Assembly (NCBI RefSeq): GCF_004010195.1
Contig: NC_057718.1
Span: 83,312,345 to 83,369,911, forward strand
Direction of reading: 5' to 3'
DNA length: 57,567 nt
DNA from: Chiloscyllium plagiosum
Taxonomy: Eukaryota
The notes beneath the pieces were generated by a model. It made no database searches, was not told the origin of the DNA, and saw nothing but the letters and a program-made list of their open reading frames with translations. Of this stretch, positions 1-13,000 are shown in pieces; the stretch's first letter is position 1; every line of letters begins with the position of its first letter. A program made the translations under genes and the position numbers.

Positions 1-740
1 GCGCAGGTTTTGCAGTTCCTGCGGTGGCAGGGGAAGGTGCCAGGATGGGAGGGTGGGTTGTAGGGGGGGCGTGGACCTGACCAGGTAGTCACGGAGGGAA
101 TGGTCTTTGCGGAAGGCGGAAAGGGGTGGGGAGGGAAATATATCCCTGGTGGTGGGGTCTGTTTGGAGGTGGCGGAAATGTCGGCGGATGATTTGGTTTA
201 TGCGAAGGTTGGTAGGGTGGAAGGTGAGCACCAGGGGAGTTCTGTCCTTGTTGCGGTTGGAGGGGGTGGGTCTGAGGGCGGAGGTGCGGGATATGGACGA
301 GATGCATTGGAGGGCATCTTTAACCCCGTGGGAAGGGAAATTGCGGTCTCTAAAGAAGGAGGCCATCTGGTGTGTTCTATGCTGGAACTGCTCCTCCTGG
401 GAGCAGATACGGCGGAGGCGGAGGAATTGGGAATACGGGATGGCATGTTTGCAAGAGGTAGGGTGGGAAGAGGTGTAAGCCAGGTAGCTGTGGGAGTCGG
501 TGGGGTTGTACAAAATGTCAGTCTCAAGTCGGTCGCCACTGATGGAGATGGAGAGGTCCAGGAAGGGGAGGGAGGTGTCAGAGATGGTCCAGGCAAATTT
601 AAGGTCAGGGTGGAATGTGTTAGTGAAGTTGATGAATTGCTCAACCTCCCCGCGGGAGCACGAGGTGGCGCCAATGCAGTCAACAATGTAGCGGAGGAAG
701 AGGTGGGGAATGGTCCTGGTGTAATTAAGGAAGATCGACT
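1..740 (-). mobile_element. Penelope-like element (Neptune-type) fragment: RT C-terminal half, thumb and Cys linker; runs off the window start
   Basis: Minus-strand translation LFLRYIVDCIG...FINFTNTFHPDLKFAWTISDTSLPFLDLSISI...DSHSYLAYTSSHP...IPYSQFLRLRRICS, then PGTFPCHRRNCKTCA at ~1-45. These are PLE RT motifs, with catalytic YIDD altered to YIVD. Confidence 0.88.
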
Positions 741-1149
741 GTTTTTACCAAGACCATCTTCAGGGTCAACTCTGGTGCTAATTGTCAACTTATGGTCTCC
801 AACCTTTTAAGCCTGCTGTAACATTGTCTTAGGAAAAACAAATTCAATCTGACCCTTTCAATTCTACATTGCAATCTGTTGGATGTTGTTAGAAATTATG
901 TTTGTAAATTGGAACAGGGTAAGGGATAGTTATGATGCATGTTGTGTTTGAACAAACAATGAGCCTTTCTTCAGCTGTTTTGAAAAGACTCACAGTGACA
1001 AATCCATACACAGCAAGACTGGGACTGACAGACCTACAGCTTAGGGTCAGTGGTAGGAATTGTAGAGTATCTACTCAAAAGCTAGAATTGAACAATATAT
1101 GGAAACAAAATAAAAATGAAAAGCAGTCAACACAGATTCTAAAAAAAAA

Positions 1150-1490
1150 GGTTGTGCTTGGTCAGCCTTAATGACTTCTTTGAGGAAGTAACGAAGAAGA
1201 TAAAAGGTAATTCAGTCACTACCAAAACTGAGAAGCAATACCTATCAGAAAAGGGTGAATGGACTGGACTCTTGTCTCTGAAAAGACCAAGGGGTGACAT
1301 GATAGATGTCTTCAAGCTTTTGGTAAGATTTGAAACTTCCTATCTATGGTATTCAGATGAATAGCACAGACACATTGACGAGAACATGAGTTAAATAGAT
1401 GGAAAATAATGAGCAGAGGGGCCATCCAGCGAGATATTTGTGCAGAGCATAAACACCAATTAGTTGATTGGCCTGTATATTCTGTGATAG
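1150..1490 (+). mobile_element. Highly degenerate CR1 LINE pieces
   Basis: LNDFFEEVTKKI and 'gggtgacatgatagatgtcttcaag' (RGDMIDVFK) resemble CR1 ORF2. Confidence 0.55.
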
Positions 1491-2054
1491 TCTGAATAAA
1501 ATATAGTTTAGGAATGGTGCTGCCAATTGATATGAACATACTTAAAACATTATTAAAAAGATTTCGGTAACACTATTAATCATTTTGTGTTCATTACCTG
1601 CAAAATGTTTTCTCAGAATAGTGAAATGCTCTTGATGAACATGAATTTCATCGACCCCTGGCTAACTCCAACAGAAAAATGTGTGTATTCGCAGTTGAAA
1701 GTAAAGAATAGTTCTCAGAATAAGGTTGAAGATAAATGGAATGTGTAATTACAATCTATTAAGCAATCAGTGAAAAATAATTGCAAATGCATTTCTGATT
1801 CAAGATCACGTGCTGGTACATTAACAAATTGTACTGAACATTCTAATGCAATGGCAAAATGAGATATAGATTGATTGATATCTGTAAACACCAAAAATAT
1901 AATAGAATATAATCGAGTCTTTGCTAGCACTTAGATTGTTGATTAAGCAGAGGTGAAATCAATTTAATTTCAATTGAGTCTACTCATGGTGGAATATTAC
2001 TTTCACATAACCTAGAACCTCGAACAGTGCATTGTTCATTGTGAATTTAAGATA

Positions 2055-2476
2055 NNNNNNNNNNNNNNNNNNNNNNNNNNNNNNNNNNNNNNNNNNNNNN
2101 NNNNNNNNNNNNNNNNNNNNNNNNNNNNNNNNNNNNNNNNNNNNNNNNNNNNNNNNNNNNNNNNNNNNNNNNNNNNNNNNNNNNNNNNNNNNNNNNNNNN
2201 NNNNNNNNNNNNNNNNNNNNNNNNNNNNNNNNNNNNNNNNNNNNNNNNNNNNNNNNNNNNNNNNNNNNNNNNNNNNNNNNNNNNNNNNNNNNNNNNNNNN
2301 NNNNNNNNNNNNNNNNNNNNNNNNNNNNNNNNNNNNNNNNNNNNNNNNNNNNNNNNNNNNNNNNNNNNNNNNNNNNNNNNNNNNNNNNNNNNNNNNNNNN
2401 NNNNNNNNNNNNNNNNNNNNNNNNNNNNNNNNNNNNNNNNNNNNNNNNNNNNNNNNNNNNNNNNNNNNNNNNNNNN
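2055..2476. other. Assembly gap (422 N)
   Basis: Continuous run of N. Confidence 1.
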
Positions 2477-2925
2477 GCAGACACGGCAGTCGGGGTGGCG
2501 GAAGTCACTGAACGTGTGACATCAGCGATGATGTGAGGGGCGGAAGTGATGTCACGTGTGATGCATGAGGAATTGTGAGGGGTGGAAGTGGTTGTGGGAA
2601 TGGCCATGATGGGGACAGAAGTGACATCATCGATCAGCGTGGGGGTGGCAGCTGCACCAGCCGCATGGCTCATAGAGTTCAAGCAGTTCCAGAGGCCGGT
2701 GGAATCTTCTGGAATGTTTGAGGATCGTTGGTTATGGATGTGGGTAGATAAAAGTTTGTTGTACTTACAGTTTTTGATGTTTGAGTTGGAGTTTAAATAC
2801 TGTTTGTTCAGAGTATGAATTCTCCTGAGGATGTAGTACAGAGTGGGTCCTTTGCAATTCTGAAAGAGTGTGGCCCTCAGCTGAGGCAGGGCTGACTGTA
2901 GAGAGGTTAGGTGATGGAGTAGTAT
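2477..2925 (-). mobile_element. Probable N-terminal ORF region of a Penelope-like element, with degenerate Thr/Ser-rich 'gatgtcac' repeats
   Basis: Open minus frame LQSALPQLRATLFQNCKG...YILRRIHTLNKQY...IKNCKYNKL followed by DVTS/DITS/DVTR repeats. GC-rich against its flanks and abuts the gap. Confidence 0.5.
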
Positions 2926-3179
2926 TTGAGTGAGTTCCAAAGTTGATCGTGTTAAGAATTAGAATTCCTTGTCAAATTTTAATATGATTTTATGACTCAA
3001 CATCACAAACATCTGAAGGGTTGCTGAGAAATCTATGGGATCTGTCCTGACCTCATTTGTTATTTAAAGAACTATATGCAGTGTTGAACAAGTTGTCCAT
3101 ATTTACCCAGGTTAGTTATGTATGTTAGAATAGTGATGTAATCCATAATTCAGATTTTGTAAAGGTTAGCACTGTTTGT

Positions 3180-4020
3180 GGAATCCTGTGGCATTGTTTC
3201 CTATGTAAATGGAGAAAAACTGCAGAAAGCTGCAACAAAAAGGGACTTAAGGGTATTTGCATACAAAACACAGAAAGATGGCACACAGATGCAGCAGGTA
3301 ATCAGGAAAGTTCATGGAATGTTGGCCCTTATCTCAAGGCTGAAAATGTGTTGCTGGAAAACCGCAGCAGGTCAGGCAGCATCCAAGGAACAGGAGAATC
3401 GACGTTTCGGGCATAAGCCCTTCTTCTGGAACCCCTTATCTCAAGGGGTTGGAGTATAAGAGTAGGCAAGTATTACTGCAATTGTCAAGGCGCTGACGCA
3501 ACCACATCTGGAGTACTGTGCTCAGTTTTGATCTCTTTAGTTAAGAGAAGATATCACTGCTTTGGAGACAGAGAGGGGTTCACTAGGATGATCACCAGTA
3601 TGGGGTGACTCCAACCAGCAAAGGCTAAATAGGCTGGTCTACTCAGTGGAATTTGGAATAATGAGAGGCAATCTCATTGAAATATATAAGATTCTTCAGG
3701 GAAGTGACAGGGTAAGTGCTGAGAGATGTTTTCCCACTTGGGAGAGTCTAGGGCAGGAGACTTGAGATGAGGAGCAAATTCTTCTTTCGGAGGGTAGAGA
3801 GCCTTCCTTTGGGAGTTTGCCCCCACAGCTTTTTGTGGCAGAGTCCATGTGTATATTTAAGGCTAAGATAAATGGATTCTTTATCAGTCAGGGAATCAAG
3901 GGTTACGAAGAAAATGCAGGAAAGTGTACCTGAGGAATGTTGGATCGGCCATGATCCTTTTGAACAGCAGGCCAAGCTTGACTGGACAAATAACCTACAG
4001 CTGTTCCTATTTATCATGGT
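3180..4020 (+). mobile_element. Degenerate CR1 LINE 3' part, interrupted by a 93-bp insertion
   Basis: 'ccacatctggagtactgtgctcagttttg' (PHLEYCAQF), 'atgagaggcaatctcattgaaatatataag' (MRGNLIEIYK) and a CR1-like 3' UTR. Confidence 0.8.
3340..3432 (-). mobile_element. 93-bp PLE-terminus mini-insertion carrying a hammerhead motif, with a 14-bp TSD
   Basis: Exact direct repeats cccttatctcaagg at 3326-3339 and 3433-3446. Minus strand reads CAGAAGA-A-GGGC-ttat-GCCC-GAAA-CGTC (core U4 mutated). Confidence 0.85.
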
Positions 4021-4284
4021 CTTGCTAAATACCAGAGTTCTCAAATTGTGTCTACATTAATAAGTTACCAGCCCATAAAATAAATTTGATGGTCTAACCC
4101 AGAATCAGGGCAAGCTGCATACTAAAGTTTTGCCATTCATTTAGCAGAACTCTCAGATCACTGTGTACCAAAGTCCTGCAAACTCTCTCCACTTAAATAG
4201 AAAAACCTTTTAAATTTTTCCTGCCAAAGTGGCTAGGTTAACATCTCCCATCATTATATCGCAGCAGTCAGACTGTAATGAAAA

Positions 4285-5170
4285 TAAAAGCAAAATTCTG
4301 CAGAAGTTGAAAATCTAGAAGTGAAACAAAAATGGTGGAGAAAGTAAGTATCTGTGGGGAGAGAAACAGAGTTATATTTAGAGGCTGATAGGACATTTTT
4401 TGTGCATTGACAGAGAGTGAGGAGGAACAGATGGTGGTGGTGCCCAGAGCAAAGGATGAAGGGAGTGCTGATGCTGGGAAAAAGAATTATATCTCTGCTG
4501 AGAGAAAAGCAAACAAGTCAGAGTAGGAGAGTTGTTGTGGTTGTAATCTGAATGGAGAACAGGTCATTCTCTGAGGTTGCTGAACTCAAACGTATTGAGT
4601 CCTAGAGAACAAAGTATTTAAATGAAATTTGAGATGTTTCACCTGCTTGTGTTGAATTGAACACTAGCAGATCTAGCATAGGAATGTTAGCATGTGAGCA
4701 AAATGGTTAATTGAAATGACAAGCAATTGTAAGTTCAGGGTTATTCCTATAGACAGAGTGGAGGCACTCTGCAAACTGGTCACCAAGTCTGCATTTAATC
4801 TTACAAATGTGAAGGAGACTGCGTTATCAGCAATGAATCCGGCAGACTACATTGAAAGAAGCACAAGTATTTGGTGGTGGTACCCTGCTGAAGATGTTGG
4901 AAATACATGGTGATCCTTCGAATGTAAGGAGAAGGGGAACCCACCATTGTTTCAGTAAGGAGGAGATGAGGACAGAGTGCAGAAAGTGGGTAAGATATGG
5001 CTGAGGGTCCTGTCAACCACATGGGGAAAGGTATAGATCCTCAATGAGGAAAACGGAGATGCTGTTGGAAGTACCCTAATGAAAGATGAAAGGAACAGAT
5101 GCAACAGAGACAGAAAAACTGGGAGAATGGAAGAGTCCTTGCAGGAATCAGGGTGTCAAGAAATGTAGCC
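4285..5170 (-). mobile_element. Old, degenerate Penelope-like element 3' region
   Basis: Colinear similarity to the better-preserved PLE at 20765-22118 (tail, GIY-YIG region, thumb). Confidence 0.55.
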
Positions 5171-5199
5171 AAGCCAAATTTTTGTTCACTGACTTAATC

Positions 5200-5900
5200 T
5201 ATCACTTTGCAAGATTGTTTCTTCCTCTTGATAATATACTTTCCCAATTATCTTGGTGGCATCAGCAAATGTAGCTACCATACAATCCAAGTCATTGACA
5301 TGGATTATAAATCAATTGAGAATCCTGCGATCTGATTCTTGTGACACCAGTTAACAGCTTGCTAACTGAAAAAGATCACTTTTATTTGTGCTTCCTGCTA
5401 ACTAATTAATCCTTTGTGCATGCTAATATATTGTCCCCTATGCCATTTGCTCTTATCTTGTGCAGCAACCTTTAAAGTGGTTCCTTACCAAGTGTCTATT
5501 GGAAATCCAAGAATGCCCCATCTATAAGTTCTCATTTATCACCTTGCTTATTCTTTCTTCAAAATAACTGAAAGATCAGATAAAATAATTTTCCTTTCAC
5601 AAAACCATGCTGACTTGCCTGATTCTCTACATATTCTGCTACCACCTCCATAAGAATGGATTCTAGTAATTACCCTACTACAGATGCTAGACTAACTGGT
5701 CTACAGTTTCCTCCTTTCTAGAATAAAATGTTACATGTGCTGTTTTCCGATCTGTTGGGAGCCTTTAAAAATCAAAGGAATTTTGAAAGACTATGGCCAA
5801 TACGATGACTATCTCTACAGGTATTTCTTCTTAGCCCCTACGATTTGTCAGCCTTTAGATCGAATAATTATCCCAGTACCTTTCCATTGGCGATGGCAAT
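5200..5900 (-). mobile_element. Degenerate CR1 ORF2 fragment
   Basis: 'ggcatcagcaaat' (FADA), 'ttttcctttcacaaaaccatgctgact' (SQHGFVKGK) and 'gctagactaactggtctacagtttcc' (GNCRPVSLA) on the minus strand. Confidence 0.7.
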
Positions 5901-6299
5901 TGCTTTTAAATTCCTCCCTCCGGTTTATTTACGCAGAACCTCTTTCATAATTCTTTGTCACTGATACCCATTTGAACAATGACAAGTGAATCCTCTGCCT
6001 CTAAATAAATATTTCTTTCCAGTTTTGAGCAGATGTACAAAGCAAGCAATGCAATCTTCTGCTCTCTTGCTTTTACAGCAGAGCAGTTAACTAAACTAAC
6101 ACTGCCCTTCCACTTACATTCCCACTTGAATGGCTTCTTATAACACTGAGTTCACTCATCCAACTTGCAACTCCTGTTGTCATCCATACACACTGCAAGT
6201 ACCTTGAACATGTTGGACAACTGCAAGGGCTGAGACTCCTCCACTTACTTTCTCAGTCCCTTTACCTACCTCACTGACGGTCATGCTCTGTTTTTGGAT

Positions 6300-6495
6300 C
6301 ATGCATTAAATCAGATTACCCAATCCCAGCAGAGTAACTGCCTTCTGGAATCTCCCTGCTGCATCACAGTGTCTGTGGCTCTGCTTCAGCTTAATGACTC
6401 TGAGCTAAATTCCTCAAACAGCAGACACAATCTATAGATGTGGCTGTCTTGGATTACACTGACAATCGTCAGTTGCCATGTGTTGCAACATATCA
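6300..6495 (-). mobile_element. Possible CR1 ORF1 N-terminal zinc-finger/leucine-zipper remnant
   Basis: Minus translation CCNTWQL...QDSHIYRLCLLFEEF resembles the CxxCxMW...HICxKC pattern of CR1 ORF1. Confidence 0.35.
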
Positions 6496-6800
6496 TCAAT
6501 TCCACTATCTTTATTCAGTTAATTATTACATAATCAATCAATTCTATTAATTCTTTATTGTTAATAAACCTTACTGAATTGCATAATTTATAAAAAAATT
6601 ACTTGAGTTTTAAAGATTGGAAAAACTCACCAACAATACACATGTTCCCATGATGTCATTTTGACTTTTCTTGAAATGCTGTTTGCCCACAGATTAAGCC
6701 CCCATGTTGTTTTGTAATCTAAAGTCACCACTGCTCTTCCATTAACACTACAAATCTCTGCTGCTCTTGCTTAAACAAATACTTTTTCTTTATATAACAT

Positions 6801-7140
6801 CAGTGGTTAGCACTGCTGCCTCACAGCACCTGGGACCTGGGTTCGATTCCAATCTTGGGTGACTCTCTGTGTGAAATGTACTCATTCTCCCTGTATATGC
6901 ATGGCTTTCCACCAGGTGCTCCAGTTTCCTCCCACAGTCCAAAAGATGTGAGGATTAGGTGGGTTGGCCGTGTTAAATTGCGCTGTATTATCCAGGGATG
7001 TGCAGGCTAGATGGATTTAGCAGTGGTAAATGTAGGGTGACAAGGATAGGGTAGGTCTGGGTGGAATGCTCTTTGGAGGGTCACTGCAGTCTCCATTGAC
7101 TAAATAGCTTCTTTCCACGCTATAGGGATTCTATGTCTAT
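6801..7140 (+). mobile_element. tRNA-derived V-SINE (HE1-like), older copy
   Basis: A box 'cagtggttagcactgctgcctcacagc', B box 'ggttcgattcc', V-domain 'gctccagtttcctcccacagtccaaaagatgtg', CR1-like tail. Confidence 0.85.
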
Positions 7141-9774
7141 TCTATTCCTCCTCTCTATAATCAGGCACAGAACTGTATTGTATAAAACAATTATGTGAAA
7201 AAGCAAAACATTTATTATTGTAAAGGATTCTGGATAATCCAAGACATAAGATGGGAAAAAGTTGTGGCTATAGAGCTGCCCCTTTATTGAGGTATTTTCA
7301 GTGTTGGAGCTGATGTCCTCAAATTCTGTGGGCAATAATTACTGCTTTTTAAGTTGTTGCATTGTTTTGGAACTTGGGAAAAAAGAATCAAAACAATGGC
7401 ACCTTAAAAAGGAGGAAGACAAATAAAGGGCAGTGACCACGTGGGCAGTGTTTCAAATGGAGAAAGAAATCTACACCGCTGTCTGACCCAGCAGTAACCT
7501 GCGCAGATCCTGTCTTTACTGTCTGTTTTCAAGTATCTCTGGACGTCAGAGTTCATTCTAAGAAAATTAAACAAACTGCTAAATTCATAGCTGACCTTGA
7601 ATACAGTTACAGCATTTAATAGGTTGACAGAGATATGGATCAAATGTTGGGAAATAGGACTAGATTTATTGAGGGTATCTGGTCAGCATAGCTGAGTTGG
7701 ACCAAGATATCTCTATGACTCTAGGCAATGGCCCTCAATGTCAAAGCAGCTGAACAGATCCTCCCCTGTTGTGACACTCAGCTTGTCCAGGTTTCGCTAT
7801 ACTATCTCCTCCACAATCTACCAACCAGAATCGGCCTTTCAAACCATACAACACCATGACTTTCTGCCCTTAGAAAGGTAAACATTAAGAGAGATAAAGG
7901 ACAAGGGGAAAAGGACAATGAATTGGAATGCAATTAACACCCATGTTCAGGAAAATGAAAAGAATACAGTATAGCTTCTTATCCTAGAATGTGAGACACA
8001 ATCAGGTTCCACATCAATCCTGTTATCTTTAAAAAGTTAAAACATTTAACTTTTTTAATCATATGAACCAGTACATTCATCAGTTAAAAACGAAAGGAGA
8101 CAACTGTAGCGATTCTAATTTGGATTCCTTCTGGTATTATTTGTTGGCTGGTCAATTATTGTTTTTGTATTTCATTAATTGGCCCTCGATGTTACAGGGA
8201 ATAGAAAGCAAAGGGCCTGTACTGTGCTGAAATGTTCTACGCTCTATTGGAGCTCCAAATATTTATATTCATATTCTCTTGTTATTTGACAAAAATAATT
8301 CAACTGCACAAGTGATGTGATATTGATCTATTGGTGATGAATGCTGGAGATTATCTAATTCAGGAGTTCTCAACTTTTTACTTCTGAGCAAAGCTCCCTC
8401 TAAGCCACGCAGCTGCTGAGATATGCTAAATACATGCACACTGACCCCTAGGTGGGCACAGCAAAAAAGCAATTAGAGGAAACATGCTTCTGAGAATTCC
8501 TCCTCCCGAGGAAAAAATTAAATCCACAGAACCCATGTAGCACAATGCACTTATTACCCCTATATAAAAATTAGTTATGCAATTATGCATTTATTATTTT
8601 TCTTTTACTTAGTATTATGAAACTTGTTGGTCAGCACTAGAAACATTTAAAAACAAGACATATAGCCACATGTAGGATACATTATTTGTGCTGAATTATG
8701 TTTTTGTGTTTTTTTGTGAAAATTATCTTGCTCTTACTGAGTTACTTTGTTGTGATCTGCAAAGTACAGTACATTAGCAAACTATCACACTGCAGTTAAT
8801 AAGCTACGACCAAAGCTGGTACAGTTCCAAAGATGCTAGAGTGCATTAAGTTAAGTTAGTAGATTGATACAGATTGCTAGACCTATTATGAAAATGAGAC
8901 AATAATTTAAAGTAGAGTAACGTCTGCTTGAGTTGGTTGACTTGTTGTGAAGGTTGGTAGAGATATACTTAAATTATTGGGCTAATGTTGAAAGCGTCAA
9001 TCTGCTAGGAGTACTAATGAGAACAAAGCAATCCTGCTGAGGCTGGACATCATCCCCTTGACAATATGGTGGACCAACGGCAATGAGCATCTATATTTAT
9101 AAGATAGTTTCCACAGTAAGCCCAGGAGTCATTAAGCAATGTTCCTGTGGCAGACAACGCAATTTATTAATATTGGTAGACATCATAAATCTTCTTCGCA
9201 GATGTCTTGGCAACAGTGGAATCCCAGTTAAAACTTCCCTGGTCTAATTTATACAAGTGATACAGGAAGTCACAATTCATTGGGACTCAATTTACCTCCC
9301 TCATAAATTCAGTCTAAAATTAATAATTAGGCACAAACTACACCCTCACAGAAAATGGGGTGCTTGACCAATTAAATTCCACACACATAATTTAGCATCA
9401 ATAGCAAAACAGGGACACCCATTCCTTTGAAACTGAACTATGATGCCTGATCTTGACAAAATATTAACAAGCACATCTAGAAAGAGGCAGTTCATTACTA
9501 CTGTCATAAGCACTAATTGCATTATATCAATTGTAGTTCAGCAAGCACATCTCAAAAATTAATTTGTTCAAGGAAAAAGGATATGAAAGTCGTGGGAACA
9601 TACTGTAATCACAACATGAGAACTACTATTTTGTGGAAAATAAACACAAACAGAATTTTTCAGCTGTGTGCCGTTACTGTAACCAGGCAGACTAAATGGA
9701 GGCTGTTCGGCTCATGAGCAATCAATTAGTTCCATTATATTAACCTTTTCCTGTAGTCTGCAAACTGTTTCAGG

Positions 9775-10061
9775 TAAAAACAAGGACTGCAGATGCTGGA
9801 AACCAAAGTCTAGATTAGAGTGGTGCTGGAAAAGCACAGCAGGTCAGGCAGCATCCAAGGAGCAGGAAATTCCACGTTTCGGCAAAAGCCCTTCATCAGG
9901 AATAAAGGCAGGGTGCCTGCAGAGTGGAGAGATAAATGAGAGGGGGGTGGGGTGGGGAGAAAGTAGCATAGACTACAATAGGTGAATGGGGGTGGGGCCA
10001 TGGGGTTGAAGTGTTCCGAGGCGGAAGATGAGGCATTCTTCTTCCAGGCGTCAGTTGGTGA
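9775..10061 (-). mobile_element. PLE 3' end (pseudo-LTR with hammerhead motif and tail), internally deleted
   Basis: Minus strand ATTC-CTGATGA-AGGGC-tttt-GCC-GAAA-CGTG-GAAT followed by '...ccagcatctgcagtcc' tail; same unit as the copies at 3340, 26855 and 27718. Confidence 0.85.
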
Positions 10062-13000
10062 AGGGGAAACGACACCTACACGAGGAGGACACAGGCAGCT
10101 TTTCCGATGGTGAGGACGGGCGCAAGAAGAGTTGTCACCGGAGGAAGAGACAGAGCGCCGCGGGGGAAAAAGGAGGGAAGCACCGCCCAAACAGGAAAAG
10201 GCGATCCCTCTGAGGGGACGGGTAAAGACCACCCCCCACCCAGTGAGAACCATGAGGTACCCACCGGCCCACAGCTCCAGGTAACTGGGAGCAGCAGTCC
10301 TGTGACAGCCCCGCTGTCAGATGGAGAACTGGACTGTGCGGACCCTGGGCCCGACCCAAAGACACCAGAGCGGGGAAATGGCCCCAGCGTGGAGCTGGAC
10401 AGCTACCACAGCCCTGGGAGGGTCCAGCAGTTTGCCATCACCACGGGGATGCACACAGCTACCCCAGAGAGGCAAGATCAGCAGCAAATGGACACTGGTA
10501 ATCTCGTAAACTGTTAAAATGGGGATAAAAATTGCCAGTATCAATGTGCGTAGCATCAAATCTGCTACGCAATGTGTTTCTACAATGGCCTTCCTGGCCA
10601 ACGTTAAAGCCGACGTCCTGTTTCTGCAGGAGTGTGGGATACCGCACCTCAGCAACGACAGGAGATGGTCAAGCATATGGGCCCATGGGCCGTCAGTTTG
10701 GTCAGGAGGCAACGATAGCCGCGCCTGCGGCCTGGGTATCCTGTTGCGAGGAGGCAACTTCACCATCTCTGAGGTTAAGGTGCTGGTGGGCGGGCGCCTC
10801 CTCGTCACCAACGTTATGAACAGGAATGATCCCCTGAGACTGATTAATGTGTACGCCCCAGTAAGTAAGAGTGAACGGTTGGCCGTCCTGCAGCAGCTTC
10901 CACTGTTGCTGGCTACGTCCAGGCCGGTCATTCCGGCCGGAGACTTCAACTGTATCATTGATGCAGATGGACGATCCGGCGGGGGAAGACAGTAAACTGG
11001 ACACCACATCCAGAGCCCTGATGGACATGGTAAAAGATGCCAAGCTGCACGACGTCTTCAGCGCCCCTGCAGACGGAGCGCAGCGTAGATACACCTGGTC
11101 ACGGGCAGACGGGTCTATCCGCTCAAGGATAGATTACCTGTTTGTGTCACAAACGCTTCCGGTCAGATCCACTTCTTCTCTGACCAATGCCTCCTGCTGG
11201 CCGACTGTCACCTACAGGATGAGCAACGGGCTGGTAAGGGAACGTGGAAGCTGAACACAAAGCTGTTGACCCCATGAAACATTGAGGAGGTTGGAGAACC
11301 GTGAGACCCTTTTTTGATTCCCCAGCGGACTGGTGGGAAACCGTAAAAGGAAACATCAAGAGGTTCTTCATCCTCAAAAGTGTTCAGGAGGCGAGAGAGG
11401 GGCAGGGAAAACTGTCCCAGCTCCAGGAAAGTATGCAGAACCTGCTCCTGCTGCAGACGATGGGGGTCTCTGTCACGGAGGACCTCAAAGAGGTGAAGGG
11501 CCAGCTCTTTGCCTCGGAGGCGTCCAAGATAATCTTCCAGTCCAGGGTCCACTCGGTGGAGCAGGACGAGACGTGCTCACGTTTCTTCTTCCAGTAGGTG
11601 CACAAAGAGAGCGCCATGCTCAGCAACCTGAAGGAAGAAGATGGCTCGATAACATCATCTCAGGCTGACATCATGAGGGTCAGCAAATCCTTCTATGCCA
11701 GTCTGTATGACTCGAAGCCAACCGACAGCGCGGCCTCCCAATCGTTCCTGTCCTCTATCACGGAGGTCTTAGACGACAGAACACGGGAGAGGCTGGACCA
11801 GCCGCTATCTCTGGACGAGCTGACCAAGGCCCTCGAGTCCTTTGAAAAGAATAAAACTCCCAGATGCGACGGTTTACCGGACGAGCTCTATTCCACTCTG
11901 TGGGACTTGATTGGCCAGGACCTGCTGGAGGTGTATGTCAGTATGCTTCGGGCAGGTACCATGAGTGAACCCATGAGGAAAGACATCATCACCCTTATCT
12001 ACAAGCGGAAGGGGGAGAGGGAGGAAATCAGAAATTGGAGACCAATCTCACTATTGAATGTGGATTACAAAATTTTGTCAAAGGTAATCGCCAACCGGGT
12101 CAGGTCTGCTCTGGGGTCGGTGATTCACCCTGACCAAACCTGTGCTGTGCCGGGCAGGAAGATTGCCGAGAGTCTCGCAATCCTCAGGGATACGATCGCC
12201 TACGTGCAGGACAAAGGGTTGGACATCTGCCTGATCAGCCTGGACCAGGAGAAAGCCTTTGACAGGATATCACACAAGTATGAGAGATGTTCTCTCCAAC
12301 ATGGGCTTTGGGGAGGGAATCTGGAATTGGATCAGACTGCTCTACACCAACATTGTCAGTGCAGTCTCAATGAGTCGGGATCAGATAGCGTCCCAGGCAG
12401 TTCCGGAGTCCGGCAGGGTCTCTCTCTCTCTCTCTCTCTCTCTTTTGCCTTCTTTGTGTGCTGCATAGAGCCGTTTGCCGGGTCCATCAGGACGGATGCG
12501 AGCCTGAGAGGGGTGACTATTCCTGGCAGCGGGGGCCTGCAGGTTAAGGCCTCCCTGTACATGGATGACGTCACCGTTGTCTGCTCGGATCCGCTGTCCA
12601 TGCACAGACTCATGTGCATATGTGACCAGTTTGAACGGGACTCGGGGGCCAAGGTAAACTGAGGCAAGAGCAAGGCCATGCTCTTCGGGAACTGGGTCGA
12701 CCAATCCTCGATCCTCTTCACCGTCAGGACTGACCACCTGAAGGTGCTGGGTATTTGGTACCCAGATCTTTATTCGCTGTATAAAGATCTGGGCAACTGG
12801 GGAAATAAAACACACCCAATGACACCCTCACCCTGATGGCCACCTTTGTGTGTGGCTGCATCAAACTATGCGTAGATCCCCGGTATGCAAATACCAAGTG
12901 TCACTACGTACTGAGGTTCTACCTGTCCCTGGTGTTGCGAAGGATGGGCCTGGCCTCACTGCCGCGGAGCGCTCCAAGTAGTTGGACCGTTGCGTATCAC

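Noticed and set aside
100..810. 236-aa plus-strand ORF and overlapping ORFs
   Set aside because: Antisense or alternative-frame shadows of the GC-rich PLE RT; not host genes.
2032..2940. Long ORFs across 2032-2940
   Set aside because: Length comes from translating the N gap.
9405..9440. Minus-strand NGCP, as in the expected KVFNGCPL exon
   Set aside because: Context reads FQRNGCPCFA, with no MGACFSK and no fitting splice sites; chance match.
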